Positions 17,046 to 26,280 of a stretch of 64,000 bases of DNA are shown here, in pieces. Below the pieces are notes generated by a model. That model ran no database searches and was not told the DNA's origin. It saw nothing but the letters and a program-made list of their open reading frames with translations. The stretch lies in the sequence record MH719082.1. One strand, 5' to 3'. The translations under genes and the position numbers were made by a program. Each line of letters opens with the position of its first letter. Positions within the stretch are counted from its first letter, which is position 1. The stretch comes from Escherichia phage vB_EcoM_IME392.

Positions 17046-18056
17046 TTAATTTTTACGGAACTTGGCGAAACGGGAAGCTGCACCACCTTCTTCCTGACCT
17101 TCGTCAGACTTATCTTCGCCGGCATCTTCGACTTTATCTTCAGACTTCTCTTCGGACTTAGTTTCAGATTTATCTTCACCAGCTTCGTCAGACTTAGCCT
17201 GATCTTCGGTAGGCTCGGACTTAGCGTCAGACTTAGTATCTTCAACTTTATCGTCTGATTTAGCTTCTTCAGCCTTAGCCTCTTCCTCAGCTTTGAGCTC
17301 TTCGAAGCCATCTTCACCAACTAACGGCAGACCCTTAGCCTTACGCTGGGAGCGAATTTCGTCCAGATCTTTACGGACACGCTTAACCAGACCTACGTAC
17401 TTATCTTTATCGAAACCTTCACGAATATAAGCCTGAGACAGAGGCTGGTAAGTCTGATCCACAACTACCGGATCAGCTTTGCTGAACAGCGGAGTGAAAG
17501 TTACAGATCCCTGGTTACCACGTACCACGGTAATTTTAACCGGAGATCCTTTGACGTCTTTATCCAGCATACCTTCCAGAACTTCTGGAGAGTCTTCCGC
17601 CAGCGCCGTAATGAAGTCGGTCAGTGCGTTAGCCACTTTACCGTTACCGATCACCGCATACAGAGTATTCGGCTTCCAGTTATCAGACGGAGTGTCGGTT
17701 TTCTGCAGGAAGAAGTAGAACAGGATGTTGTACTTCAGACCGTATTTCCAGTGATTGTACTCATTCAGCTCTTCGAGCATGTCATCCAGCTCGGCATAGT
17801 TGAAGTTCTCAGGAAGATCTTCACAGTCAGACGGAGTCTGAATACCATAACTGAAGTAACCGTGAGTACGGACTTCGCGATACAGGTTACCGACAGGGTC
17901 AGTGATGATACGACCCTGATGGCTACCTTCTGGTAAGAACGTAGCATTTGGGAAGTTACCGGTACCGCCGGACTTCTCTTTACGTTCTTTCATTTTACCT
18001 GCGAGGGCTTTGATACCGGCTACGTCTAACTTCTTAACTTGAGTTTGTTCAGTCAT
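17046..18056 (-). CDS. Putative ssDNA-binding protein with an acidic C-terminal tail
   Basis: C-terminal about 70 aa are extremely D/E/K/S rich (EEAKAEEAKSDDKVED...). Position next to RNase H and replication genes. No clear gp32 Zn motif. Confidence 0.4.
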   Translation of the reverse strand: MTEQTQVKKLDVAGIKALAGKMKERKEKSGGTGNFPNATFLPEGSHQGRIITDPVGNLYREVRTHGYFSYGIQTPSDCEDLPENFNYAELDDMLEELNEYNHWKYGLKYNILFYFFLQKTDTPSDNWKPNTLYAVIGNGKVANALTDFITALAEDSPEVLEGMLDKDVKGSPVKITVVRGNQGSVTFTPLFSKADPVVVDQTYQPLSQAYIREGFDKDKYVGLVKRVRKDLDEIRSQRKAKGLPLVGEDGFEELKAEEEAKAEEAKSDDKVEDTKSDAKSEPTEDQAKSDEAGEDKSETKSEEKSEDKVEDAGEDKSDEGQEEGGAASRFAKFRKN

Positions 18057-18103
18057 CTTTGTGATCTCTATTTAAACAATGTTTCAACAATCATAATCAG
18101 AGT

Positions 18104-18140
18104 TGCCCTCTGACACCTTAACAGCCTTTCGACCCTCCAA
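18104..18140 (-). promoter_or_regulatory. Conserved promoter-like element (copy 7) upstream of SSB-like gene
   Basis: CACCTTAACAGCCTTTCGACCCTCCAAAAGAGCGGCG. Confidence 0.5.
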
Positions 18141-18152
18141 AAGAGCGGCGGA

Positions 18153-19193
18153 CTACACTTTACGCAATCGATCTATCATTTTAGCACGATGCTGCTCTTC
18201 TGTATTGATGATCGAGTACATACGAACCAACACTGACGGATCATTATCCACTCTGTTAGCCAACTTATCCAGAGCTCCTAAGTAGATACTGGTTTCTTCC
18301 TTGATTACCTTACGGACTGAGTCAGCGAAGGTAAATCCAATACTGTCTGGGTCGAACGTAATACCGTCCAGCATCACAGCCAGCATGACATTATCCTGGA
18401 AGATATCTGACTTAATGGAATCCAGCACGCTATTCTTGCGCACTGCTTCCAATATAGAAACTACCTTAGATACCTTCGGGAACCCTTTCCGGCCATTTAG
18501 TAATTCCAGGAAGGTAAAGAACTTGCCTATGTCTTTGATAGATGTGAGCAGCAGAAACAGTTCCGGATGGTGCTCTGCTAGGATCGACAGAAACATCATC
18601 TTCTCTGTATTCGTCTTAGGAATCAGATCCTGTATCGCTTTAATATCTACGTCGGTCACGATTGCTCCCATGTGTTCGAGTATGCGAGTCACGATGATCC
18701 TGTCTGTAAGATCAAGATGCTCGACCATAACCACTCCCCAGTCTAAATATAGCTGGATGATAGGTTTAAATCGTTTAGGGAGGAACTGATTCCAAAGATT
18801 AACATAGCGATGGACAGCTACCTCCTGTCGCACGCTGTAACTATTGCCTAACTCCAGAGCCTTGTAAAAATCTGAGTTCTCGGCTAATTCGGGTTCTAAC
18901 ATGTCGATCGATACTTGCTTTACTTCTTTCTTAATTATCGATTCTAGATGATCCCGAGTAACTTCTTCTGTAGTAGTTAACAGCATGTAGGTCAGGCTGG
19001 TTACTGCAGAAGATAATGCCTCTTCGGTCTGTCCTCTGAATTTATAATAAGTACACACCCGTCGGACGATCGCCAGGGATAGGGTGAATAGGGTACGAGA
19101 ATCCCTCTTCACTGAATTAATTTCCCTATTCACCAGTTCCACTAGCTTATCGACGGTAGCGTTCTCGAGGATCTCTACCATCTCTTTTATCAT
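18153..19193 (-). CDS. Hypothetical protein (346 aa)
   Basis: ORF with a promoter-like element downstream of its stop. Family unknown. Confidence 0.45.
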   Translation of the reverse strand: MIKEMVEILENATVDKLVELVNREINSVKRDSRTLFTLSLAIVRRVCTYYKFRGQTEEALSSAVTSLTYMLLTTTEEVTRDHLESIIKKEVKQVSIDMLEPELAENSDFYKALELGNSYSVRQEVAVHRYVNLWNQFLPKRFKPIIQLYLDWGVVMVEHLDLTDRIIVTRILEHMGAIVTDVDIKAIQDLIPKTNTEKMMFLSILAEHHPELFLLLTSIKDIGKFFTFLELLNGRKGFPKVSKVVSILEAVRKNSVLDSIKSDIFQDNVMLAVMLDGITFDPDSIGFTFADSVRKVIKEETSIYLGALDKLANRVDNDPSVLVRMYSIINTEEQHRAKMIDRLRKV

Positions 19194-19417
19194 TTAAATA
19201 TCTTCCTTAAGCCAGCATCTGGATCTCCTTCGTCAACCAGATCTTGCTTCATGCTAACAGCATCATTGATAGATATTTTGAACTCCTCGTCTGTTACACG
19301 AGTTATAGTTCCGTACTTACTTTCTATGGAATTACCTGGGCTGATGGAACTAAGCACCATGAATACCATAGCTTCGTTGGGCAGGGTACCTACGATATCG
19401 GACAGCTTTACACTCAT
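19190..19417 (-). CDS. Hypothetical small protein
   Basis: 75-aa ORF, translationally coupled to its neighbours. Confidence 0.35.
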   Translation of the reverse strand: MSVKLSDIVGTLPNEAMVFMVLSSISPGNSIESKYGTITRVTDEEFKISINDAVSMKQDLVDEGDPDAGLRKIFK

Positions 19418-19420
19418 ATA

Positions 19421-19870
19421 TTACCCCATACTTGATAAAGAGATAGACTTTTCGTCTAGTTCGCATACCTCCATGATTAAAATCAGGTATTCGTAATTAT
19501 CTTTATCGTTTATTAGTTTATCCATATTTAAGGTGATGGTGAACCGATCATCTATGCTAATAGCTTCCTTGACAGCATCTTCCACTGCTTTAATTAGGTT
19601 AGATACGTCACGAGTCCAGAATGACTGGCTAAACGAGAATATCATCCTAATATTCAGCATCACAGGCTTACCTTTATATACCAGGAAGTCTTCACGAGCT
19701 CCTTGCATATCTAGGGAGGATTTAACCCACTCTTTAAAGTCCTTGATGCTGGGGTCGAGATAGACCCATGATCTTCCTCCACGAGCCCTCCCGACTTTAT
19801 ACATCTCGTTTACGGAGGGGAAGTTCCCTCCGTATTGCAGCAGGTAGTTATGAGTTCCTAATACTTCCAT
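19421..19870 (-). CDS. Possible RusA-like Holliday-junction resolvase
   Basis: Weak resemblance: DVSNLIKAVEDAV resembles the RusA D.DN..K...DAL segment. Size is 149 aa. Confidence 0.3.
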   Translation of the reverse strand: MEVLGTHNYLLQYGGNFPSVNEMYKVGRARGGRSWVYLDPSIKDFKEWVKSSLDMQGAREDFLVYKGKPVMLNIRMIFSFSQSFWTRDVSNLIKAVEDAVKEAISIDDRFTITLNMDKLINDKDNYEYLILIMEVCELDEKSISLSSMG

Positions 19871-21129
19871 TAGTTCCTCCGGCCACCTCTGCCACCATAA
19901 GTCTGCATACGTGAGTATACATCACGACCGATCTGCTCGATTTCACCATGAGATCGCATAATCCATGGAGAACTAACTCCATCTTTACCACGACGGCATT
20001 TAGCTACTTTCAAGATCCCGCAGTGTTTCTCACTACGAGGACTCAGACCTACGGTTATCATCATATCCACGTTCTGCTGTTTACGAGCAGACTCACCAGC
20101 CGAGTCGATATTCAGTTCTTCCTCGCCCCAGTATTGAATCTTAGGCTGGGAAGCAACGAATACCAGACGAGCAGGTTCGTAGATAGGTTTAGCAATAGAT
20201 GTAAGTATGTCATAGATATGACCACCATCATCATACATGCTACCAGTTTCAGGACGCTTAAGGTTAGAGTCATAGTCGACTACCAGACAGTCATAGCGTT
20301 TCTTACCGCGGCAACTATCCAGATACTCTTCCAAATCTTCAGCACCTAAGCTACGAGACGGAACCGTAATCAGATCGATATAGTTCAGGATCTCACGAAC
20401 GTCGTCGGTGAGATGTTTATTAAGTTCGGCAACTACCTTGGCATAAGGAGTACCGGTGATCACTGCCGTAGCACGAGATAGGAAGTCATAGCGAGTTAAG
20501 TCTCCAAGAGCTACCCATAACGTGCGGCGACCCTGTGTAGCAAATCCGAGGACTTCCTGTAGCATGATAGCAGACTTACCACCACCAGGACGACCTACGA
20601 ACTGAATTACCTGACCAGGAATATAGCCATTGAATACTGATGCTTCAGTAACCACATCCAGAGTAGACTGGAATACGCCATCTAAACCACCGATGTCATG
20701 CTCCATTACAGTATCTACATCCAGACCACCCAGAGTATGTACCGGAATAGTTGAAGTAAGACTACGAGGAATCTCGCGAATCATATCAATCAACATTCCG
20801 GTATCTTCGGAGTTAGCCTTCATGATCTCGGTCAGTTTACGTTCCTGATAGAACTTGAAGAAGTTATTTACAATCTTCTCTATTTCTTTAGGATCCGTAA
20901 CCAGACGGAAGTTTTCAGCTAACTCCACAAAGTTAGATATGTCCTCGGCAGGACATATTTCACCAAGTATCGAATGAATTACAGCTGGGGTAGCATCCGG
21001 TAACTTAATACCGGACTCCACGAGGGCTCTTGCAATCTCAGTAGACCAGGGAAGATCATTAATAGTGAGTCCCATAGACTCTTTGATCTTAGGGTTAAAC
21101 AAACTTGCTACGTGTGTGATCTCTGACAT
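19870..21129 (-). CDS. DnaB-family replicative helicase (gp41-like)
   Basis: C-terminal RecA-like core with Walker A GRPGGGKS, ITGTP, and a Walker B-like LVVDYDSNL. Confidence 0.5.
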   Translation of the reverse strand: MSEITHVASLFNPKIKESMGLTINDLPWSTEIARALVESGIKLPDATPAVIHSILGEICPAEDISNFVELAENFRLVTDPKEIEKIVNNFFKFYQERKLTEIMKANSEDTGMLIDMIREIPRSLTSTIPVHTLGGLDVDTVMEHDIGGLDGVFQSTLDVVTEASVFNGYIPGQVIQFVGRPGGGKSAIMLQEVLGFATQGRRTLWVALGDLTRYDFLSRATAVITGTPYAKVVAELNKHLTDDVREILNYIDLITVPSRSLGAEDLEEYLDSCRGKKRYDCLVVDYDSNLKRPETGSMYDDGGHIYDILTSIAKPIYEPARLVFVASQPKIQYWGEEELNIDSAGESARKQQNVDMMITVGLSPRSEKHCGILKVAKCRRGKDGVSSPWIMRSHGEIEQIGRDVYSRMQTYGGRGGRRN

Positions 21130-21138
21130 TTCTATGTC

Positions 21139-22779
21139 CTATTTGCGAAATGATACCTTAGCGTGACTGATTACTTTCAGTCTACTTTTAATAGTTTCCA
21201 TCTTGGACTTCATCTGCTTATTCAGCATATAGTTATGCTTATCGAAGAAGAGTCCTACCTTAACTGCATCACCACGAGCCGAACGACCGATCGTCTGAAT
21301 TACGCTCTTGTATGACTTACCAGTTAATGGTATAATAGAATCTAAGTTAGGGATGTCGATCCCTTCGGTACCTACGGATGTAGTAATCAGCACTTTGAAT
21401 GCTAAATCCTGAGCTAGTTCCTTGAGTTCATCAAGTCCCAACCCATCCGCTTCGCCTACAGGTGTCCAAACTACCGAACTCGAGAAGAATACAGTATCAA
21501 TTCCAATAGCATTCAGATTCTTAGCGATCTGAACACCATCCTCGACCTGCACCATCGGGATATAGGTTATTCCTTTACCACCGAATACTTCATTATAGGT
21601 TCGTTTAATAGCCTCAGCAGTCATCATGCTACCCATATGCAGGTACAAACTACCTAACATATACTCGGGTCGCTCTTTCTGATACTTGGCAATAACAGAT
21701 CTGTCTTCTGACATCTCAACCAGTATTTCTGTCAACTCTACCGGAACAGGTAGGTCGTGCTCAATAATGGATGGTCCGCAATATGCTAATACAGCCATCC
21801 CTTTACTTGATGCTCCGAACTTAAATCCTTCTACGAGTAAACTGACGCCTTCCAGAGAATCTCCGGTAGCCGTAGTTCCCCAGATATACTCGGGATCAAT
21901 TAGTTCGGTAAGTCTCTGCCAACCAGATGCAGAGAAGTGGTGAGCCTCGTCGGCTATAATACAGTTTACCTGTTTAAAGAACTCGGCATACTCACCTTTC
22001 TTGTATTTATTAGTTCTCTGGAGTCCAGCAGGATTAATAACGTTAATCGGGCTATTTACATCCAGATCCCACGGAATAGTTACCCCGTACTTCTCAGCAC
22101 GTAGAATAATCTCTTCCTTAACTCTGTTAGCGAAAGTATAGATTAGTACTTTCTCTGTCAGACCCGCTTCCAGTACAGATTCGGCAGTACCGATCAGCAG
22201 TTCTGTCTTACCAGCACCGGTATATAAGCCAATAATTCCGAACTTAGAGTGGCAGATAGCATCTGCTGCACTCATCTGAATTTTACCCTTCTCTGGCTTA
22301 GGGTGATTCTGATAGATATCTATCCATTTCTGGCTAAAGTTAAATGCTGGATCTTCCAGACTATTATCGAACTGGGTAGGATCATCAGCAGTAGCGAACG
22401 CTGTAGCTCCTGGAATTACATCAGCTCCAGAGTTAATCAGCTGATATAACATCTGACCGACGCCTAATTGGCAGTTAACCTCTCCAGAGAATAGACTCGT
22501 ATATTTAATTTCTTTACGAGTCGGTAACATTCTCTTCATCCGCCAATTGTATTCCATAACATCTTCGATGGCGGTAGCGAACATGTGAATCTGTTTCAGA
22601 GCTTCCTGATCGTCAGCCGTGATCTTGCACAGCATACGAGGCTCGCGAGTAAAATGTACATTGTACGTTTTACCTACAGACTCGTTCTTAATCTTGGCCA
22701 GTTCCATGCGGATAGCTTTAGACACATCCGGATTTACTTTAGCCTTCTTACCTACAAGATCCTCTAGCTTTACAGACAT
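21139..22779 (-). CDS. SF2 DEAD/DEAH-box helicase (UvsW-like)
   Basis: Motif I TGAGKTE, motif II IIADEAHHF, motif III TATGD. Confidence 0.65.
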   Translation of the reverse strand: MSVKLEDLVGKKAKVNPDVSKAIRMELAKIKNESVGKTYNVHFTREPRMLCKITADDQEALKQIHMFATAIEDVMEYNWRMKRMLPTRKEIKYTSLFSGEVNCQLGVGQMLYQLINSGADVIPGATAFATADDPTQFDNSLEDPAFNFSQKWIDIYQNHPKPEKGKIQMSAADAICHSKFGIIGLYTGAGKTELLIGTAESVLEAGLTEKVLIYTFANRVKEEIILRAEKYGVTIPWDLDVNSPINVINPAGLQRTNKYKKGEYAEFFKQVNCIIADEAHHFSASGWQRLTELIDPEYIWGTTATGDSLEGVSLLVEGFKFGASSKGMAVLAYCGPSIIEHDLPVPVELTEILVEMSEDRSVIAKYQKERPEYMLGSLYLHMGSMMTAEAIKRTYNEVFGGKGITYIPMVQVEDGVQIAKNLNAIGIDTVFFSSSVVWTPVGEADGLGLDELKELAQDLAFKVLITTSVGTEGIDIPNLDSIIPLTGKSYKSVIQTIGRSARGDAVKVGLFFDKHNYMLNKQMKSKMETIKSRLKVISHAKVSFRK

Positions 22780-22781
22780 AA

Positions 22782-23300
22782 TTACTCCTCTTTACTCTGG
22801 TAAAGTAACTGGATATCTGCCGAGTTCTCGACATATTCCTGAGCTATTCGAATAGCTCTAACGACCATAGCCTTCTCTCCCCAGCTTAGGAATTCTGGGG
22901 TAGCAGCCATCTTAACTACTAACTCGCGAGAAAGATCTTCGATACACTTAATCTTGTTCGAGACCTTAGGGAACGCAAGTCTATTATTAATAGTTATACG
23001 ATCAGCAGGAATCTGGGTGAAGGTCTCGCTGAATAGTCTATCGAAATCTCCGATATTTAATTCAGTGAAATAACCCTTACCCTCTTCTGTATCGAATATA
23101 CCATGAACAACTACTTCTTGTCGAATAGATACATTTAGTAAGTACTTCGAGTTCAACAAGATAACGTAGATGCTCGAATAGCTCCGAAGATCTCGTTTCC
23201 ATGCTGATAGGGACTCAGTAGGTGATCCCTTGTATTCTACTCCCGAATTCAGAAGCATCTTACAAAATGGGTCTAGGCTGTTAATTACTACAGTACTCAT
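22782..23300 (-). CDS. Hypothetical protein (start likely ATG 23300 with RBS GAGGAGAATACA)
   Basis: ORF. The first in-frame start is GTG at 23321; ATG at 23300 has a strong RBS. Promoter-like element immediately upstream. Confidence 0.45.
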   Translation of the reverse strand: MSTVVINSLDPFCKMLLNSGVEYKGSPTESLSAWKRDLRSYSSIYVILLNSKYLLNVSIRQEVVVHGIFDTEEGKGYFTELNIGDFDRLFSETFTQIPADRITINNRLAFPKVSNKIKCIEDLSRELVVKMAATPEFLSWGEKAMVVRAIRIAQEYVENSADIQLLYQSKEE

Positions 23301-23321
23301 TGTATTCTCCTCACGTGCCAC

Positions 23322-23354
23322 AGTTTAACAGCCTTTCGACGCTAATTAAAGGTG
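23322..23354 (-). promoter_or_regulatory. Conserved promoter-like element (copy 8) upstream of gene 22782..23300
   Basis: CAGTTTAACAGCCTTTCGACGCTAATTAAAGGTGG. Confidence 0.45.
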
Positions 23355-23696
23355 GTCTTTAACAGTTCCCAGGATAGCTTCTCTGGTGTGGATTAGGCCA
23401 GATCGATTAATCTCTACTTTGGTGGTAGTCACCATTTCGAATACTTCCAGCTCAATACCAGGATGAGCCATGCATGTATGAATCAATACAGACAGAGCAT
23501 CATCATAGCTGGGATAACCAGTGGCATATTTATGATTGTCGTTCCACAGGCGGTCGGTTGCATGCCTGCGTTCGCTGATGTAAGATATCTTACCTTCTTT
23601 CATCCGGCCTACATAATACTTAGCTTCGGAATTATCCGAAATATGTAACGTTTCCATAATTTCTCCTAATGGGGAGTTTTTACCTCCCCCGAGCAA
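23346..23696 (-). CDS. Hypothetical protein
   Basis: 116-aa ORF. Confidence 0.4.
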   Translation of the reverse strand: MLGGGKNSPLGEIMETLHISDNSEAKYYVGRMKEGKISYISERRHATDRLWNDNHKYATGYPSYDDALSVLIHTCMAHPGIELEVFEMVTTTKVEINRSGLIHTREAILGTVKDHL

Positions 23697-23701
23697 AGGT
23701 A

Positions 23702-23947
23702 TTAGAATGGGCTATGACGAGATTCCGTTACTTGCAGACCGGAGAGGATCTGACCGATAAAGTCATAGCTTACACCATCTTCTACAGATGTAATCTTAAC
23801 TTCATTGGTATTTTCGATCTTCTGGCCAGTTGCCAGTAATCCGTTAGGGAGGACGACGCCTACGAATTCACGAGTATCGACTGGCTTACGAAAGTGCTTC
23901 TTAGCTGGTTTCTTATGTCTCATGAACGGATTGTTATTATAAGGCAT
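23702..23947 (-). CDS. Hypothetical small basic protein
   Basis: 81-aa ORF. Confidence 0.35.
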   Translation of the reverse strand: MPYNNNPFMRHKKPAKKHFRKPVDTREFVGVVLPNGLLATGQKIENTNEVKITSVEDGVSYDFIGQILSGLQVTESRHSPF

Positions 23948-24254
23948 TGTCTGATTCCCCTTTTATAGTATGATCTTTGAAAACTCTTAAACTATACGGA
24001 TTCTCTATTTCTTCGAACTGTAGACCATCAAAGCCATGTATCATATTCACATAGTTCATACTATACATAGTAATTCTGATTTGCCAGATCGTCGAATTAG
24101 AGGACTTACGAAATACTCTACACGGCTCACTAACTACAGCACCCTTAATCTTCCCAAGTTCCCTGAGAATACCAGTTATGTCCTCGATCTCGCAGAACGA
24201 TTGAAAGATGCGGGATGGACATCGTCTTATGGGACTAACGTCTGAACCATACAT
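23937..24254 (-). CDS. Hypothetical protein
   Basis: 105-aa ORF downstream of a promoter-like element. Confidence 0.35.
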   Translation of the reverse strand: MYGSDVSPIRRCPSRIFQSFCEIEDITGILRELGKIKGAVVSEPCRVFRKSSNSTIWQIRITMYSMNYVNMIHGFDGLQFEEIENPYSLRVFKDHTIKGESDNAL

Positions 24255-24304
24255 AATTTTACATAATAGGTAAGTTGGACACAGAAGGACGCAGTCACGC
24301 CTCC

Positions 24305-24340
24305 ACCGTTTTAACAGCCTTTTAGGTCATTAAAACGGCG
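24305..24340 (-). promoter_or_regulatory. Conserved promoter-like element (copy 9) embedded in a hairpin, upstream of gene 23937..24254
   Basis: CCGTTTTAA-CAGCCTTTTAGGTCA-TTAAAACGG. The core is flanked by a 9-bp inverted repeat. Confidence 0.45.
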
Positions 24341-24348
24341 GAGTTCAA

Positions 24349-25140
24349 TCAGTACCGAGGATCAGTATCCTGATAGTCGCGAATTAGGTCATAGACGAGC
24401 ACATCCAGACGAGTAGCATCTTCACGTTTCATGCGGGTAGGTCTGTACATATGGATACATACACAATGCTTAGACCAGACCTTAGCAGTCTGACGCTCCG
24501 TAAGTTCTTTACGGTCGATAATGTACTTCTCGAATGCGTGATAAGAGATAGGCTTTGATACTTCGACATGCTGGCACATATCGAGGAACTGCGGGTAGTC
24601 GTCAGTTAAGAAGCGACTGAATACGTCCTGGTAATAAGAGTAGTTAGGGAATTTACCACCCTGCTCCAGAGATAACGCATGAGTCTCGATCTCCTTCAAC
24701 ATCAGAGCCATAAATTCCTGATTATTGCTGGGAGAGGTCCACATGTTTATCTCGCAGTAATCTAACCGAGGGGAATAAACACGTACCTGAGTCTCGTGAG
24801 GAGTATACGTTTCGTGAGGGCTTCTGATAAAGAGAGTATCAGCATCTACATAGGAGTAACCACGAAGATCCATCATTACCTGAATCTTGAGTCGCAGATA
24901 GTCACATACAGAGGCCATCTTAGCCTTAGTTTTCAGGATATTATACGCCTTCTCCATAATAGGATCTCTGGCGAATAAATCCTGGATCATAACGCAACGG
25001 CAACCTTCGATAATATTCTCTTCGTTATCGATCACCAGTACATGATCATTAGGTCCGTATTTCTGTAAGGACTTAATGCATTCCCGAACATGGATAGGCA
25101 TTTTGGGTCCTACCCAAAGCTGGAAATAATTCTGACTCAT
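24349..25140 (-). CDS. Glycosyltransferase with DXD sugar-binding region (GT32 / Gly_transf_sug-like)
   Basis: N-terminal FQLWVGPKMP (cf. IHQIWIG). DYLRLKIQVMMDLRGYSYVDADTLF matches the D..R..L...GG.Y.D.D region. Confidence 0.5.
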   Translation of the reverse strand: MSQNYFQLWVGPKMPIHVRECIKSLQKYGPNDHVLVIDNEENIIEGCRCVMIQDLFARDPIMEKAYNILKTKAKMASVCDYLRLKIQVMMDLRGYSYVDADTLFIRSPHETYTPHETQVRVYSPRLDYCEINMWTSPSNNQEFMALMLKEIETHALSLEQGGKFPNYSYYQDVFSRFLTDDYPQFLDMCQHVEVSKPISYHAFEKYIIDRKELTERQTAKVWSKHCVCIHMYRPTRMKREDATRLDVLVYDLIRDYQDTDPRY

Positions 25141-25771
25141 AGTTACCTCTATGTTATTTATTTTAAACTGGATAGGGACTAATAAAGTAAATAGTAATTA
25201 AATACTTATTAATCTTCCTCTTATCTAATGCTAAGGGAAGCGTACTCGAGGAGTACAGAAGCTTAGCGAAGAGCGGAGTAACCATTTGATTTAAACAGTC
25301 ACCGTAGAGAGCGAAGGAGTCGCGCCCGCTTGAGGCGGCGCGACCTCCGCTTCACCAATCCTACCGGATGGACGCCTGCGACCACCCGAGCCTACCCCTG
25401 CCTCACTCACTAAAGCCACTTCGGGCTTTACCTCGTTCCGCTACGCGATACGCAGGCAGATAGCTACACTAAGTCCCCTGGAGATGGCTAGTAAGTATCC
25501 GTTACCAGACCATGTCCAACCTAACATTGACGAAGCCAGGGACTAGGCACTCCTCGCCAATAAGCTACATTAGGATTTATGTCCGTATTTCGAAGATAGG
25601 CCGATCGGGGAGACTATGCATTCATCTCTGCTCAACCAGGAAGCACCGATTAGGGTAAATACCCAAACTATCTTCTTAATGTCACTCCTCCCAGACCGCT
25701 TCGGGACTTAGCTTAAGTCTTATCCGAATAATCTGGCATCTACGACGGACCGTAGTGTATGGAGCGTACTG

Positions 25772-25806
25772 CAATTTAACAGCCTTTTGACTCATCAAAA
25801 GAGCGT
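25772..25806 (-). promoter_or_regulatory. Conserved promoter-like element (copy 10) upstream of a non-coding region (25200..25770)
   Basis: CAATTTAACAGCCTTTTGACTCATCAAAAGAGCG. Perfect dyad CTTTTGA-CTCA-TCAAAAG. No ORF lies downstream on the minus strand for about 570 nt. Confidence 0.5.
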
Positions 25807-25924
25807 AATTAGGGCCCGATTATTTCACTTAGCTTCCATCCGTTCGGGCCAACACGGATCGTACATGACGTTACCGTCGTTTCAAGTCACTCGGATTATT
25901 AGTTCCCGGTGCTCATATAAAGAT

Positions 25925-26004
25925 GGTGCCACGTAGGGAATCGAACCCTATATCAGGTAAACGTCTAGCCGTAGACTGCTGAGTGCCCTCAGCTACCCTA
26001 TCAC
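25925..26004 (-). ncRNA. tRNA-like element (T-arm TAGGG-TTCGATT-CCCTA plus CCA-like end), not foldable into a canonical cloverleaf
   Basis: GGGAATCGAACCC on the plus strand. The reverse complement ends ...CCCTACGTGGCACCA, but no complementary 5' acceptor strand was found. Two tight hairpins lie upstream. Confidence 0.3.
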
Positions 26005-26104
26005 TTAACCGAACCATCGGCAAATCTTTCACAGATACTTACACGTGATTTTCTCTGATCGGATCTGGTGATTCCTCGGAGTCGAACCGAGGAGTGGCAT
26101 AATA

Positions 26105-26180
26105 TGGTGGTCCATACTGGTTTCGAACCAGTGACCAAGCGATTATGAGTCGCCTGCTCTCACCACTGAGCTAATGGACC
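26105..26180 (-). tRNA. tRNA-Met (anticodon CAT; elongator type or Ile2-lysidine type)
   Basis: Reverse complement folds as a cloverleaf: acceptor GGTCCAT/ATGGACC, D arm GCTC-AGTGGTGA-GAGC, anticodon stem GGCGA/TCGCT with loop CTCATAA, T arm ACTGG-TTCGAAA-CCAGT, discriminator A, encoded CCA. Confidence 0.8.
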
Positions 26181-26190
26181 GAACTAGATT

Positions 26191-26280
26191 GAGCGATAGG
26201 CTATGGAGTACCTTACCATCGGGCGTCTTTCGCTAAATAGCCCATCATGGGCTACCGCAGGGGCATGACACCTATCGCTC
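26191..26280 (-). ncRNA. Stem-closed structured element (about 90 nt) immediately 5' of tRNA-Met
   Basis: 10-bp closing helix GAGCGATAGG / CCTATCGCTC, with an internal perfect hairpin TAGCCCA-TCA-TGGGCTA. No canonical T-loop, so not a standard tRNA. Confidence 0.35.

Noticed and set aside
25925-26004. Calling this a third canonical tRNA
   Set aside because: A perfect T-arm and CCA are present, but I could not find a complementary 5' acceptor strand, D-arm or anticodon arm in any register, including type-II lengths. I kept it only as a low-confidence tRNA-like element.
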